Assembly (NCBI GenBank): GCA_963816395.1
Contig: CAWFKQ010000016.1
Location: 672,001 to 736,000 of the forward strand
Direction: 5' to 3'
Length of the DNA stretch: 64,000 bases
Origin: an uncultured delta proteobacterium
GTDB lineage: Bacteria; Desulfobacterota; Desulfuromonadia; Desulfuromonadales; JACZKF01
A model generated the notes under the pieces. That model saw only the letters and a list, made by a program, of their open reading frames with translations, was not told the origin of the DNA and did no database searches. Within the stretch, counting starts at the first letter, position 1. Each line of letters begins with the position of its first letter. Shown here piece after piece: positions 9,287-21,250 of this stretch. The position numbers and the translations under genes were made by a program.

Positions 9287-10474
9287 TCACCTCGGTTCCC
9301 CCCGGAAGAACCAGTAAACGAGTGCCCCCAGGGGAACCAGGACACTCATGGCCGCCACCCCCCGCCAGCCCCCCAGGGCGTAGCACCCGGTGGCGGCCGC
9401 CGAACCCAGGGCGCCACCGGCGAAAAAACTGGTCATATAGGCCGTATTGATGCGGCTGCGCGCATCGGGACGCAGCCGAAAAATTTCCCCCTGGTTGAGG
9501 ATGTGGGCCCCCTGCACGCCGATGTCGAGCAACAGGACGCCGCCGATGATGGCGGCCAGGGAGTATTGCCATACCCCCATCAGCGCGAAGGACAGGGCAA
9601 CCAGCGCCAGGAATCCGCCGGTACCGCCCCGGTTGTGGCCGTGATCATGCAGATGCCCGGCCACCGAGGCACACAGGGCCCCCGCCACTCCGACGATCCC
9701 GAACGCCCCTATGGCGCTGTTGGTATAGTGGTAGGGCGCGCCGCTCAGCAAGAACGGCAAGGTGGTCCAGAAGGCGCTGAAGGCGGAGAAAACGGCCATG
9801 CCGTAGAGCATGCGGCTGCGCAGTAGCGGTTCTTCCCGCACCATGGACAGCACGGACCCCAGCAGTTTCTTATAGGAAGTGGTGCTCTGCGGCCGCTCAT
9901 CGCTCAGCACCCGCGCCAGCACGAGCGCCTGCAGGAGCATCAATCCGGCAGCCAGCCAGAACACCATGCGCCATCCCAGAATATCCGCAATCACCCCGGA
10001 GACCGTCCGCGCCAGCAGAATCCCCAGCAGCAGTCCGGTCATCACCCTGCCCACGACCCGGCCTCTCTCATGGTCGGCCGCCAGATGCGCCACATAAGGG
10101 ATCAGCACCTGCGCCACCACCGCGGTAACCCCCATCACCAGGGAGGCCACCTCAAAGATTGCCAGCGAAGGAGCCAGCGCAGCTGTGGCACAGGCCAACG
10201 CGGTAACGAGGGTCATTCCCGCCACCAGGCGCCGACGGTTCATCTGATCGCCCAGCGGCACCAGAAACATCAGTCCCAGGGCGTACCCCACCTGGGTGAT
10301 GGTCACCACCAGCCCGGTCTGGTGTTCCGGGACCTGAAAAGCGTCGGCGAGGGTCGCCAGCAGGGGTTGGGCATAATAGAGATTGGCCACGGCAAGCCCG
10401 GAGGCCACGGCCATCAATACGACCCGGCCGCCGCTCAGACCGGAGGACGGCTTGTTCTCGCTACGCGAATGCAA
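9287..10474 (-). CDS. MFS transporter
   Basis: About 12 TM; ANLYYAQP and PLGDQMNRR motif A; TTG start at 10474 chosen. Confidence 0.9.
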   Translation of the reverse strand: MHSRSENKPSSGLSGGRVVLMAVASGLAVANLYYAQPLLATLADAFQVPEHQTGLVVTITQVGYALGLMFLVPLGDQMNRRRLVAGMTLVTALACATAALAPSLAIFEVASLVMGVTAVVAQVLIPYVAHLAADHERGRVVGRVMTGLLLGILLARTVSGVIADILGWRMVFWLAAGLMLLQALVLARVLSDERPQSTTSYKKLLGSVLSMVREEPLLRSRMLYGMAVFSAFSAFWTTLPFLLSGAPYHYTNSAIGAFGIVGVAGALCASVAGHLHDHGHNRGGTGGFLALVALSFALMGVWQYSLAAIIGGVLLLDIGVQGAHILNQGEIFRLRPDARSRINTAYMTSFFAGGALGSAAATGCYALGGWRGVAAMSVLVPLGALVYWFFRGEPR

Positions 10475-10503
10475 ATGAAATCCCCCAATACGGGACAAGC
10501 AGG

Positions 10504-11545
10504 TCAGGAATGGCTCAGCGCCCAAAACTCATGCAATGCCGACAACGTGCGCGGCCGCACGCCGATGGTGCGCCGGCCTTTTTTCTCCCATTGCGAAATG
10601 CTGGCGGCGGTTATGCCGATGCGGGCCGCGAAGGTCGCCTGAGTCTCCCCGAGGGATAACCGCCAGGCGTAGATGGCGTCGCCGGTGAGAGGTTCGGGGA
10701 AGGAATCCCCCCTGGCCGATTTTTGGGTTGCCCTGGTCTTTGCCGCTTTGGTTTTTGTCCGTGGAGACCGCACGGGAAGATGGTACCTCAGCTTTGACCG
10801 GGGCAGGGGAGGCTTCTGCCGAAACCGCCTCGTCAGTTTCGACCAGATCGATGCCGAACACACCGGCAACGCCGGTTGCGGCGATCCTCCGGCGGGAGGT
10901 TCCCGCTTTGGCCACCTCCGCAACCGCCGCGGAGACATCCACCAACTCTGCGTGATCAACCCCGCGCAGCAGAAAGAGCAACTCCGGGGCGTGATCCAGG
11001 CGGGCGCCCACCCCGTAGAGTGCGGCCGCCACATGCTTGCACATGCCGGCCAGATCCGGACAGTCGCAAGCGAATTTCATTTCCCCGGGGAGCGGAAAAA
11101 GTCCCTCCTGGCGATCCGAAACGATCTCCATGACGGCACGGTCCAGCTTGCCGCGCAGCAGGTCGATCAGCGAGCCGATCCGGCCGATGCAGGCCGACCG
11201 GAGGCCATCCCATCGTTTTTTCGTCAGCGCCGAGACCGTGATGGCGACATTATACAACTGCGATCCGCTGACGATGGCTTTGATCAGACCGCTCTGGATC
11301 TCGAGATGACAGACGGAGCCGTTCCGGACGTAGGAGCGACCCCGGGGCAGACGATTGGCGTAATCGCTGAACGACTCCATATGGTCGCACCACCCTTTGC
11401 CCCAGAAGGACCCGGCGATCCTGCGGCCGGCGAGATCCACCGGTTGCACCTTGAGCCCCTTCTTCTTCAGCTTTTCCAGCGCTTTGGCCGCTTTCGCCCG
11501 CCGCTCCGCCACCGTCACATAGGAAGGCCATTCGTAATAATTCAT
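10504..11545 (-). CDS. SWIM zinc-finger protein with C-terminal XRE-type HTH; frameshift near 10700-10800
   Basis: NRLPRGRSY, CDCPDLAGMCKH (CxCxnCxH); HTH WRLSLGETQATFAARIGITAASISQWE in ORF 10504..11034. Confidence 0.8.
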
Positions 11546-11585
11546 GTCGGGATTCTTTCTGCCGGCGTCCCCGGCGGCGGTTTCT

Positions 11586-14281
11586 TCATATCGCCGCCTT
11601 TTCCAGATCAAGGGCCACCAACTGCAACAGGCTCTCGTCGTTCATCTCCGTCAACAGGGTCTCCGCACCTTCCAGCAGCTCGGTCGCCAGTCCGGCCTTG
11701 GCCGCAATCAAGGCGTCGATCTTCTCTTCCACTGTCCCCTTGCAGATGAACTTGTGCACCATGACATTCTTTTTCTGGCCGATGCGAAAGGCGCGGTCGG
11801 TCGCCTGGTTCTCCACCGCCGGGTTCCACCAGCGATCGAAATGGATGACATGACTGGCCGCGGTCAGATTGAGACCGGAACCGCCTGCCTTGAGCGACAG
11901 GACGAAAAACGGCGGGCCATCCTCATGCTGGAAGCGGTCCACCAGTTTCTTCCGTTCGGCCACCGCGGTGCCGCCGTGCAGCACCAGGCCCGGGCGGCCG
12001 AAGAGGGTGGCGAGAAAGGTGGCGAGCGGCGCGGTCATCTCCCGGAACTGGGTAAAGATCAGTACCTTTTCCTGACGTGAGGCGATTTCTTCGACCAGCT
12101 CACGCAGCCGCGCGAATTTGCCGCTGCGGTCCTCGGTGTAGTCGCCGTCACCCAGAGCCTGGCCGGGATGGTTGCAGATCTGCTTGAAGCGCATCAGCGA
12201 CGAGAGGATCAGCCCCCGGCGTTTCATCCCTTCCCGCTGCTCCTTGAGCGCCTCGGCCAGCTCCTGCACCGCCTGGCTGTACAGCCGCGTCTGCGCCTTG
12301 CTGAGGCCGCACCAGGCCGCTATCTCGACCTTGTCGGGAAGATCGTCGATGACGCTGCGGTCGGTTTTCAGGCGGCGCAGGATATAGGGCTGGACCAGGG
12401 TGCGCAGCGGCGCATAGGAGGGCGGCTCGCGGTTTTCGAGCGAGGTGACGAACTGCTTGAAGCGGGGCGCGGAGCCGAGCAGGCCGGGACAGATGAAATC
12501 GAACAGCGACCAGAGATCGGATAGCCGGTTTTCCACCGGGGTGCCGGTCAGGGCGATGCGCGCCCTGCCTTTCAGGGTCTTGACCGCTTTGGCCTGCTGC
12601 GTGCCGGGGTTTTTGATGGCCTGGGCCTCATCAAGCACGACAAGGTTCCATTCCAGCTTTCTCAGCCACTCCTGGCGCTGCAGCATGCCGTAAGTGGTCA
12701 GCACCGCATCGACGGCGGCCAGAGCGCCGGCGGGATCGGCGGCGATCCGCTCCCGTTCCGTTCGTTCCAGTTCCGACGGATGCAGGCAGGCGACCGTGAG
12801 CGACGGCGCAAAGCGTTGCAGCTCGCTCTTCCAGTTGGCCAGCAGCGAGGCCGGCAGCACCAGCAGGCTGGGGGAGGGCCTCCCGGCCCGCCCCTGTTGC
12901 GCCAGCAGCAAGGCGATCACCTGGATGGTCTTCCCCAGTCCCATGTCGTCGGCCAGGCAGGCACCCAGCCCGAGCTCCGAGAGTAACCAGAGCCAGTTGA
13001 GGCCGGTCTGCTGATAGGGGCGCAGTCTCGCCTGCAAACGGTCCCCGGCCTGCACCGCCGCCAGCCGCGCCGGCTCCCGCAGCCCGGCGAGCAGCTCCCG
13101 CAGGCGCTCCCCGGCCTCCACAAAGGCCCAGCCGGTTTCGTCCAGAGTCGGGTCGTCTGCTGCCAGATCACGACGGGCGCCGGCCAGCAGGCGCATCCCT
13201 TCTATGAAGGAAAGGCCATCCCCGGCCCGCTTCGATCTTCTGCCACTGCTCCAGCGCCTGACGAAGTTTATCGCCATCGACCTCGACCCACTGCCCGCGC
13301 AAAAGAACCAGCCCCTCGCCGCTTGCCGTCAGCGCGGCGATTTCCTCCGGGGTCAGGTCGGCACCATCCAGGGTCAGCTGCACGCGAAAATCGAGCAGGG
13401 CCTGCGCCGAAAGGGTTTCGCCGGTATTGGAGCCGACCGCCACCCGCACCCGGGGGCGGGGACGTTTCTTCCACCAGTCGGGCAGGCGCACCACCAGACC
13501 GCTCTCCTCCAGGGCCGGCACATCCTTCAGAAACGGATAGGCCTCCTCCGGCGTCCAGGCCAGCGGGTGATAGATGTCGCTGCTCTCCAGCAACTCCTGC
13601 ACCCACGGGCAGCGCGTGCTGGCCGCATGGACCGGTTCCAGCAGGCGCAGCAGCGCTTCACGGTCATTGGCGCCGGCATACTCGCGCAGCGCCTGGCTGA
13701 GAGGCAGATGCTGAGCGCGGGCGTTTTTCCCCAGCCGCGGGATGTAGGTTGCCATAAAGGCAAAAGGGTAGTCGGGATCCTCTTTGTTTTCCGCCAGATG
13801 AAAACAGACCCGTCCCACCTGACGCCAGAGCGGCGCATGCTGGTGCAGAAAGCCGGCGAGGCCCTCGGCGTTGCGGGCGATTGCAGCGAGCACCCAGCGG
13901 TCGAGATCGGCCCAAAGAGCAGCAAGAACATCGGGCGTACAGTATTCAGCTCCCGCCATGGGAGGAATGCTCAGCGTCAGCTGGGCGAGCGTTGCGCTAT
14001 CGAGAGGTGCAAGGGGTTCCAGCCGCTCGGAGGTCGGCTGGATTTGACAGAGCTGCAGTAGATAGCGCGACCCGAAGTCGCGCCAGAACATCCAGGCAAG
14101 CGGCCAATCCGGTGCGGATTTACCCCCGGCCAGGGCCAGGATTCCCGCAGCTGGCGAATCCGCAAAAGCCCGTGCTATTTTTTCGGCATTCGTGTGGCTG
14201 GATCTCGGGAGAGCCGGACGCTGCACACGGAGACGAGCCGATCATCAGCAGATGACCGGATGGGGTGAGGGTGAGATTCAC
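11586..14281 (-). CDS. SNF2-family helicase/ATPase; frameshifts near 13230 and 14225
   Basis: LADDMGLGKT, DEAQ, TGTPVEN, QATDRAFRIGQ; N-terminal half in ORF 13168..14226; probable GTG start at 14281. Confidence 0.88.
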
Positions 14282-14496
14282 GATATAACACCTGCTGCGG
14301 CATGGATGGGGGATAAAGGCGGGGAGCCATCATTATCCAGGCCGGAGCATATCACCCGGCCAGGAGGATCGTCAATGTGAGTTGGCAAGGCGACAGGGGA
14401 GCAGATCCAGCCGTTTGCCCCCCCCCAGTGGAATGGGCGGAGGATGCTCTCCGGGGCGATTGGAAAAATATAAGTTGATGGAATGGTGCAGTGGTG

Positions 14497-14519
14497 ATAA
14501 GAATGAATGTTCATTCCGG
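14497..14519. promoter_or_regulatory. TetR operator 1
   Basis: ataaGAATGAAtgTTCATTCcgg palindrome, identical to 15152-15174. Confidence 0.8.
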
Positions 14520-14539
14520 AATGGAGAGAGGTGACCCCC

Positions 14540-15127
14540 ATGACCAAGGCGGAGAAACAGGCGGAGAAACGTTCCGAAGTCGTCCGCGCAGCCCTCGAAC
14601 TCATCGCCGAAAACGGCTATCATGGCGCCCCCATGGCGATGATCGCCGATCGGGCCGGGGTGGGGGCGGGGACGATCTATCGCTATTTCGAGAACAAGGA
14701 CGTCCTCATCGCCGAACTCTACCGGGAACTCGAAGAGAGGATCTGCCTGGCGCTGCTGCAGGGGTATGAGGCGGAGAAGCCGATCCGGGAGCGGTTTCTC
14801 CACCTCGGCACGGTGCTGCTCAGGTTCTTCATCGACAATCCCCTCGATTTCCGCTATCTGGAACAGTTCCACAACTCCCCCTACGGGGCAGAGCACCGCC
14901 GTGACAAGCTCCTGGGAAAAAACCAGGAGCACGACGCGTATCGCGCGCTGTTCGAGGAGGGGGTTGCCCAACAGGTGATGAAGGATCTCCCGCTGCCGGT
15001 TCTTTTCGCCCTTGCCTTCGGTCCTCTCCTGTCCATAGCGCGTGACCATATTTTAGGTTTCTGCACGCTGGATGATGCCCTGATCGTCCGTTCCATCGAG
15101 GCCTGTTGGGACGGCATCAGGAGATAA
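14540..15127 (+). CDS. TetR/AcrR-family regulator
   Basis: IADRAGVGAGTIYRYFENK HTH; upstream of RND operon. Confidence 0.93.
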   Translation: MTKAEKQAEKRSEVVRAALELIAENGYHGAPMAMIADRAGVGAGTIYRYFENKDVLIAELYRELEERICLALLQGYEAEKPIRERFLHLGTVLLRFFIDNPLDFRYLEQFHNSPYGAEHRRDKLLGKNQEHDAYRALFEEGVAQQVMKDLPLPVLFALAFGPLLSIARDHILGFCTLDDALIVRSIEACWDGIRR

Positions 15128-15151
15128 GCGATAAAGGTTATATTTTCTCAT

Positions 15152-15174
15152 ATAAGAATGAATGTTCATTCCGG
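15152..15174. promoter_or_regulatory. TetR operator 2
   Basis: Exact 23-bp copy of 14497-14519, 18 nt before the MFP start. Confidence 0.8.
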
Positions 15175-15192
15175 TACAATATCGAGGTGATT

Positions 15193-16373
15193 ATGCAAAA
15201 CCTGTCCAAAATCAAGTCGATCGCCGTGTTGGGAACTCTGGCCGTGGGTTTCCTGATGTCCGGGTGCGATAAGCAAAGCACTGCCGCCGGGCCTCCCAAA
15301 GCCGCTCCTCCCGAGGTCGGGGTGGTGGTGGTGGAGCCGCAGCGCGTGCCGATAACCACAGAGCTGCCGGGACGGATATCGGCTTACCTGGTCGCGGAAG
15401 TGCGGCCCCAGGTCGGCGGGATTATCCAGAAGCGCCTCTTCGTCGAAGGCGCCGACGTGAAGGCGGGGGAGGTGCTTTATCAGATCGACCCTGCCACCTA
15501 CCGGGCCGCCTACGATAGCGCCGCCGCCGCTCTCGCCAGGGCCGAAGCCAATGTGGTGCCTGCCAGGCTCAAAGCGGAGCGTCTGCGGGAACTCGTCAAG
15601 ATCAATGCCGTGAGTCAGCAGGATTTCGACGACGCCACGGCTGCTTTCAAGCTGGCCGAGGCCGAGGTGGCAGCCGCTAAGGCCGCGCGTGGCAGACTGC
15701 CCGCATCAACTTGGACTACACCTCCGTGAAGGCCCCCATCTCCGGGCGGATCGGCCGCTCCCTGGTCACCACCGGGGCGCTGGTGACGGCCAGTCAGGCG
15801 GCCCCGCTGGCCACCATCCAGAAGCTCGACCCGGTCTACGTCGATGTCACCCAGTCCACCGCCGAGCTGCTTCGCCTGAAGCGCGACCTGGCCAGCGGCA
15901 CCCTGAAGAGCAACGGGGACGGCCAGGCGCGGGTGGCGCTGGTCCTGGAGGACGGCAGCAAGTATCCGCTGCCGGGAACCCTGAAATTCTCCGATGTGAC
16001 GGTGAACCAGAGCACCGGCTCGGTCACCCTGCGCACGGTTTTCCGCAACCCGCAGCAACTGCTGCTGCCGGGGATGTACGTGCGCGCCGTCCTCGAAGAA
16101 GGGGTCATGGAGCAGGCGATTCTGGTGCCGCAGCAGGGGGTGACCCGCGACCCCGCCGGTAATGCCACCGCGCTGGTGGTCGGGGCGGAGGACAAGGTGG
16201 AGCCGCGGACCCTGAAGGTTGCCCGGGCCATCGGCGACCAGTGGCTGGTGAGCGACGGGCTGCAGGCGGGCGACCGCCTGATCGTGGAGGGCCTGCAGAA
16301 GGCGCGGCCCGGAGCGCCGGTCCGGGTTGTGGACCTCGGCCGCAAGCCCGCCGTTGCCTCGGTGAAACCGTAA
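15193..16373 (+). CDS. acrA: RND efflux periplasmic adaptor lipoprotein; frameshift near 15690
   Basis: Lipobox MSGC, AEVRPQVGGII, APISGRIG, LLPGMYV. Confidence 0.9.
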
Positions 16374-16503
16374 TCCGCGGAAATAAGAGCGGATCGAAAA
16401 TTCAAAGCAACAGGGAGTAGCCGCATAAACAGGACAAGCAGGATTATTCCTGTCTCTGTAGCCCCCTGCCTTGTGGCCAACGTTTTTCGCGTAGGAGACT
16501 TTC

Positions 16504-19500
16504 ATGGCCCAGTTTTTCATCGATCGCCCGATCTTTGCCTGGGTGATCGCCATCATCATCATGCTGGCGGGCGCCCTGGCGATCAAGGAGCTGCCCGTTT
16601 CCCAGTACCCGGCCATCGCCCCGCCCCAGGTCTCGATCAACGCCTCCTATCCCGGCGCCTCGGCCAAGACCGCCGAGGATACGGTGACCCAGGTCATCGA
16701 GCAGAAGATGAACGGGATCGACCACCTGACCTACATGGCGTCGACCAGCGATTCCTTCGGCAACGTCAGCGTCACCCTGACCTTCGATTCCGGCACCGAC
16801 CCGAACATCGCCCAGGTGCAGGTGCAGAACAAGCTGCAGCTGGCGACGCCGCTTCTGCCGCAGGCGGTCCAGCAGCGGGGGCTGCAGGTCACCAAGTCGA
16901 CCCGCAACTTCCTGATGGTCGTCGGCTTCTTCTCCGAAGACGGCAGCATGAACCGCTACGACCTGGCCGACTACGTCGCCGCCAATGTCCAGGACGTCAT
17001 CAGCCGGGCCCAGGGGGTCGGCGAGGTGACGATGTTCGGTTCCCCCTACGCCATGCGCATCTGGCTCGATCCGAACAAGCTGCACAGCTTCGGGCTGACC
17101 CCGGCCGACGTCAAGGCGGCCATCAAGTCGCAGAACGCCCAGGTTTCCGCCGGCCAGCTGGGGGGGACGCCCTCGGTCGCCGGGCAACAGCTCTCCGCCA
17201 CCATCACCTCCCAGACCCTGCTGAAAACGCCGGAGGATTTCGACAACATCGTCCTGCGCACCAACGCCGACGGCTCGACCGTCCACCTGCGCGACGTCGC
17301 CCGCAGCGAACTGGGGAGTGAAAACTACGACACCCTGGCGCGCTACAACGGCAAGCCGTCCGTCGGCCTGGCGATCAAGCTGGCCACCGATGCCAATGCC
17401 CTGAAGACCGCCGCTGCGGTCAAGGCGAAGATGGGGGAGCTGGCAAAAATATTTTCCCGCCGGCATGCAGGTGGTCTACCCCTACGACACCACCCCGGTG
17501 ATCAAGATCTCCATCGAAGAGGTCCTCTTCACCCTGCTGGAGGCGATCGGCCTGGTCTTCCTGGTCATGTTCCTCTTCCTGCAGAATTTTCGCGCCACGC
17601 TTATCCCGACCATCGCCGTGCCGGTCGTGCTGCTGGGGACCTTCGGGGTGCTGGCGGCGTGCGGCTTTTCCATCAATACCCTGACCATGTTCGCCATGGT
17701 CCTCGCCATCGGTCTGCTGGTCGATGACGCCATCGTGGTGGTGGAAAACGTTGAACGCATCATGAGCGAAGAGGGGCTCTCCCCCAAGGAGGCGACCCGC
17801 AAGTCGATGCGGCAGATCACCGGCGCCCTGGTGGGGATCGCCCTGGTGCTGGCGGCGGTCTTCATTCCCATGGCCTTTTTCGGCGGCTCCACCGGCGTCA
17901 TCTATCGGCAGTTTTCCATCACCGTCGTCTCGGCGATGATCCTCTCGGTGCTGGTGGCCATCATCCTCACCCCGGCGCTCTGCGCCACTCTGCTCAAGCC
18001 GGTGGCCAAGGGGCACAAGGCCGCCGAACACGGCTGGTTCGCCGGCTTCTTCCGCCTGTTCAACCGGGGCTTCGACCGCAGCAGCCGGGGCTATCAGTCC
18101 GCCGTCGGCCGCATGCTCGGCAGGACCGGGCGCTACCTGGTGATCTACGCGGTGCTGGTGGCCGTTCTGGCAGTCCTCTTCTACCGCCTGCCGACCGCCT
18201 TTCTCCCCGATGAGGACCAGGGTTTTCTCTATGCCATGGTGCAGCTGCCGGTGGGAGCCACCCAGGAGCGCACCCTCAATGTGCTCAAGGATTTCGAGCA
18301 CCATTTTCTGGTGGAACAGAAGGATGCGGTCGATGCCCTCTTCACCGTCTCCGGCTACAGCTTTGCCGGCCGGGGACAGAACATGGGGCTGGCCTTCGTC
18401 CGCCTGAAGGACTGGCAGGAGCGCCAGCGCCCCGACCTCTCGGTGAAGGCCGTGGCCGGCAAGGCGATGGCCGCCTTCTCTCATTTCCGGGACGCCCTGG
18501 CTTTCGCTTTCCCGCCGCCGGCGGTGCGTGAGTTGGGCAATGCCACCGGTTTCGACCTGATGCTGCAGGACCGGGGCGGGCTCGGTCATGAGAAGCTGGC
18601 GGCGGCACGCAACCAGCTTCTCGGCATGGCCGCCAAGGACCCCATCCTGATGGCGGTGCGCCCGAACGGCCAGGAGGACACCCCCGAGTTCCAGCTGGAC
18701 ATCGACCAGGAAAAGGCGGGCGCCCTGGGGGTCGCCATCGCCGACATCAACGACACCCTCTCCACCGCCTGGGGGGGCTCTTACGTCAACGACTTCCTCG
18801 ACCGCGGCCGGACCAAGAAGGTCTACCTGCAGGCCGATGCCCCGTTCCGGATGCTGCCGGAGGATATCGACAAGTGGTACGTCCGCAACAAGGCGGGCGA
18901 ACTGGTGCCGTTTTACGCCTTTGCCTCGGCCCACTGGGGCTACGGCTCGCCGCGCCTGGAGCGCTACAACGGCCTGCCGTCGATGGAAATCATGGGCCAG
19001 CCGGCCCCCGGCAAGAGCACCGGTCTGGCCATGGCGGAGATGGAGAAGCTGGTCGGCCAGCTGCCGGCCGGCATCGGCTACGAGTGGACCGGGCTCTCCT
19101 TCCAGGAGCGCCTGTCCGGCGCCCAGGCCCCGGCCCTCTATGCCATCTCCCTGCTGGTGGTCTTCCTTTGCCTGGCCGCCCTCTACGAGAGCTGGGCCAT
19201 CCCCTTCTCGGTCATGCTGGTGGTGCCGCTGGGGGTGTTGGGAGCGCTGGCGGCAGCCACCCTGCGCGGCCTGCCCAACGATATCTATTTTCAGGTGGGA
19301 CTTCTGACCACCATCGGCCTCTCCTCCAAGAACGCCATCCTCATCGTGGAGTTCGCCAAGGAGCAGATGGCGCACGGCATGGGGCTGGTCGAGGCCACCC
19401 TGGAGGCGGTGCGACTGCGGCTGCGGCCGATCCTGATGACCTCGCTCGCCTTCATGCTCGGGGTCCTGCCGCTGGTCGTCAGCTCCGGCGCCGGTTCCGG

Positions 19501-19666
19501 CGCCCAGCATGCCATCGGCACCGGCGTCTTCGGCGGGATGCTCTCGGCGACGGTGCTGGCCATCTTCTTCGTGCCGGTCTTCTTCGTGGTGGTGCGGCGC
19601 CTCTTCCCGGTCAAACAGCCGGAGCCGGAAGCCCCTGACGCCGCCCCGGCCACGGAGGTGAACTGA
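16504..19666 (+). CDS. acrB: HAE1 RND efflux permease; frameshift near 17455
   Basis: [49 protein letters not shown]. Confidence 0.93.
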
Positions 19667-19667
19667 C

Positions 19668-21081
19668 ATGCTGCTCAGGACCTGCGGCCTCTCGGCAATC
19701 TTCTTTATCCTGGCGGGGTGCGCCACCCTGGCCCCCGAGTACACCCGGCCGGCGCCCCCGGTTCCGACCACCTGGCCGAGCGGCCCGGCCTATGAGGGAG
19801 TGAGCGGCCAGCCGGCGGCAACGGCGGTCGCCGATACCGCCTGGCAGGACTTCTTCCTCGATCCGCAGCTGCGGCAGGTCATCGCCCTGGCCCTGGAACA
19901 CAACCGCGACCTGCGCGTTGCCCTGCTCAATATCGAACGCTCCCAGGCGCAGTACCAGATCCGGCGCGCCGATCTCTTTCCGAAGGTGGACGCGAACGCT
20001 GCCGGCAGCGCCCAGCGCGTTCCGGATGACCTTTCCAACGGCCGGTCCGGGACGCTCCGCCAGTACAACGTCGGCCTGGGCGTCAGTTCCTACGAACTGG
20101 ACCTTTTCGGCCGGGTGCGCAGCCTCAAGGAGCAGGCGCTGCAGCAGTACCTGGCCACCGAAGAGGCGCGGCGCAGCATCCAGATCACCCTGGTGGCCAA
20201 CGTCGCCGCCGACTACCTGACCCTGGCCGCCGACAGTGAGCGACTGCAGCTCGCCCGGGAGACGCTGGCCAATCAGGAGGCCGCCTACCGGCTCATCAAG
20301 AGCCGTTTCGAGGCCGGGGTGGCGTCCGCCCTCGACCTCGATCAGGCGCAGACCAGCGTCGATACGGCGCGGGTGGACATCGCCCGCTTCACCACCCTGG
20401 TGGCCCAGGACGAGAACGCCCTCGACCTGCTGGCCGGCGCTCAGATCGGGGCCGATGCTGCTCCCCGCGACTCTTTCGCAAACCGTCACCCCCCTCAAGA
20501 ATTTCGCCCCCGGCCTGCCATCGGAGGTGCTGCTGCGCCGTCCCGACATCCTGCAGGCCGAATACCAGCTGAAGGGGGCCAACGCCAACATCGGCGCGGC
20601 GCGGGCGGCCTTCTTTCCCCGGATTACCCTGCTGTCCACTGTCGGCACCGGCAGTGACCAACTGGCCGGCCTTTTCACCGGCGGCTCCCTGGCCTGGAAC
20701 TTCGCACCGCGGTTGACGCTGCCGATTTTCACCGCCGGCAGCAACCAGGCCAATCTCAACGTGGCCAAAGTCGACCGGGATATTGCCGTGGCCCAATACG
20801 AGAAGGCCATCCAGACCGCTTTCCGGGAAGTGGCCGATGCGCTCGCCCAGCGCGGGACTATCGACGAGCAGATAGCGGCGCAGCAGTCCCTCACCAATGC
20901 GACAGCCGAGAGCTACAAACTTTCCCGGGCCCGCTACGAAAAGGGCGTCGCCAGCTACCTGAACGTCCTCGACTCCCAGCGCTCCCTTTACAGCGCCCAG
21001 CAGAACCTCATCGGCGTGCGCCTCGCCCGGCTCAACAACCAGGTGACCCTCTACAAAGTGCTCGGCGGCGGAGATCAATAA
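19668..21081 (+). CDS. Outer-membrane efflux lipoprotein (OprM/NodT family); frameshift near 20445
   Basis: Lipobox [31 protein letters not shown]. Confidence 0.9.
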
Positions 21082-21089
21082 TCCCACCT

Positions 21090-21110
21090 CCTCCCCCTTC
21101 GAGGGGGAGG
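21090..21110. repeat. GC-rich hairpin after the efflux operon (REP-like or terminator)
   Basis: cctccccc-ttcga-gggggagg, no U-tract. Confidence 0.4.
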
Positions 21111-21250
21111 TTGCAGCACCCTCCCTGCCGGAAAATCCGGCCGCCGGCACCAAGAATCCGCCACCCGCGTTAAACTTTACTTGTAGCGCCCGGAGCGGAG
21201 GCTGCGTTGCGCGGTGGCAAGGATGGGTGCCGGCACCCTGGGCAGGAAAG

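Noticed and set aside
14497..15174. 23-bp direct repeats as CRISPR repeats or att sites
   Set aside because: Only two copies, palindromic, at operator positions around tetR; no cas or integrase adjacent
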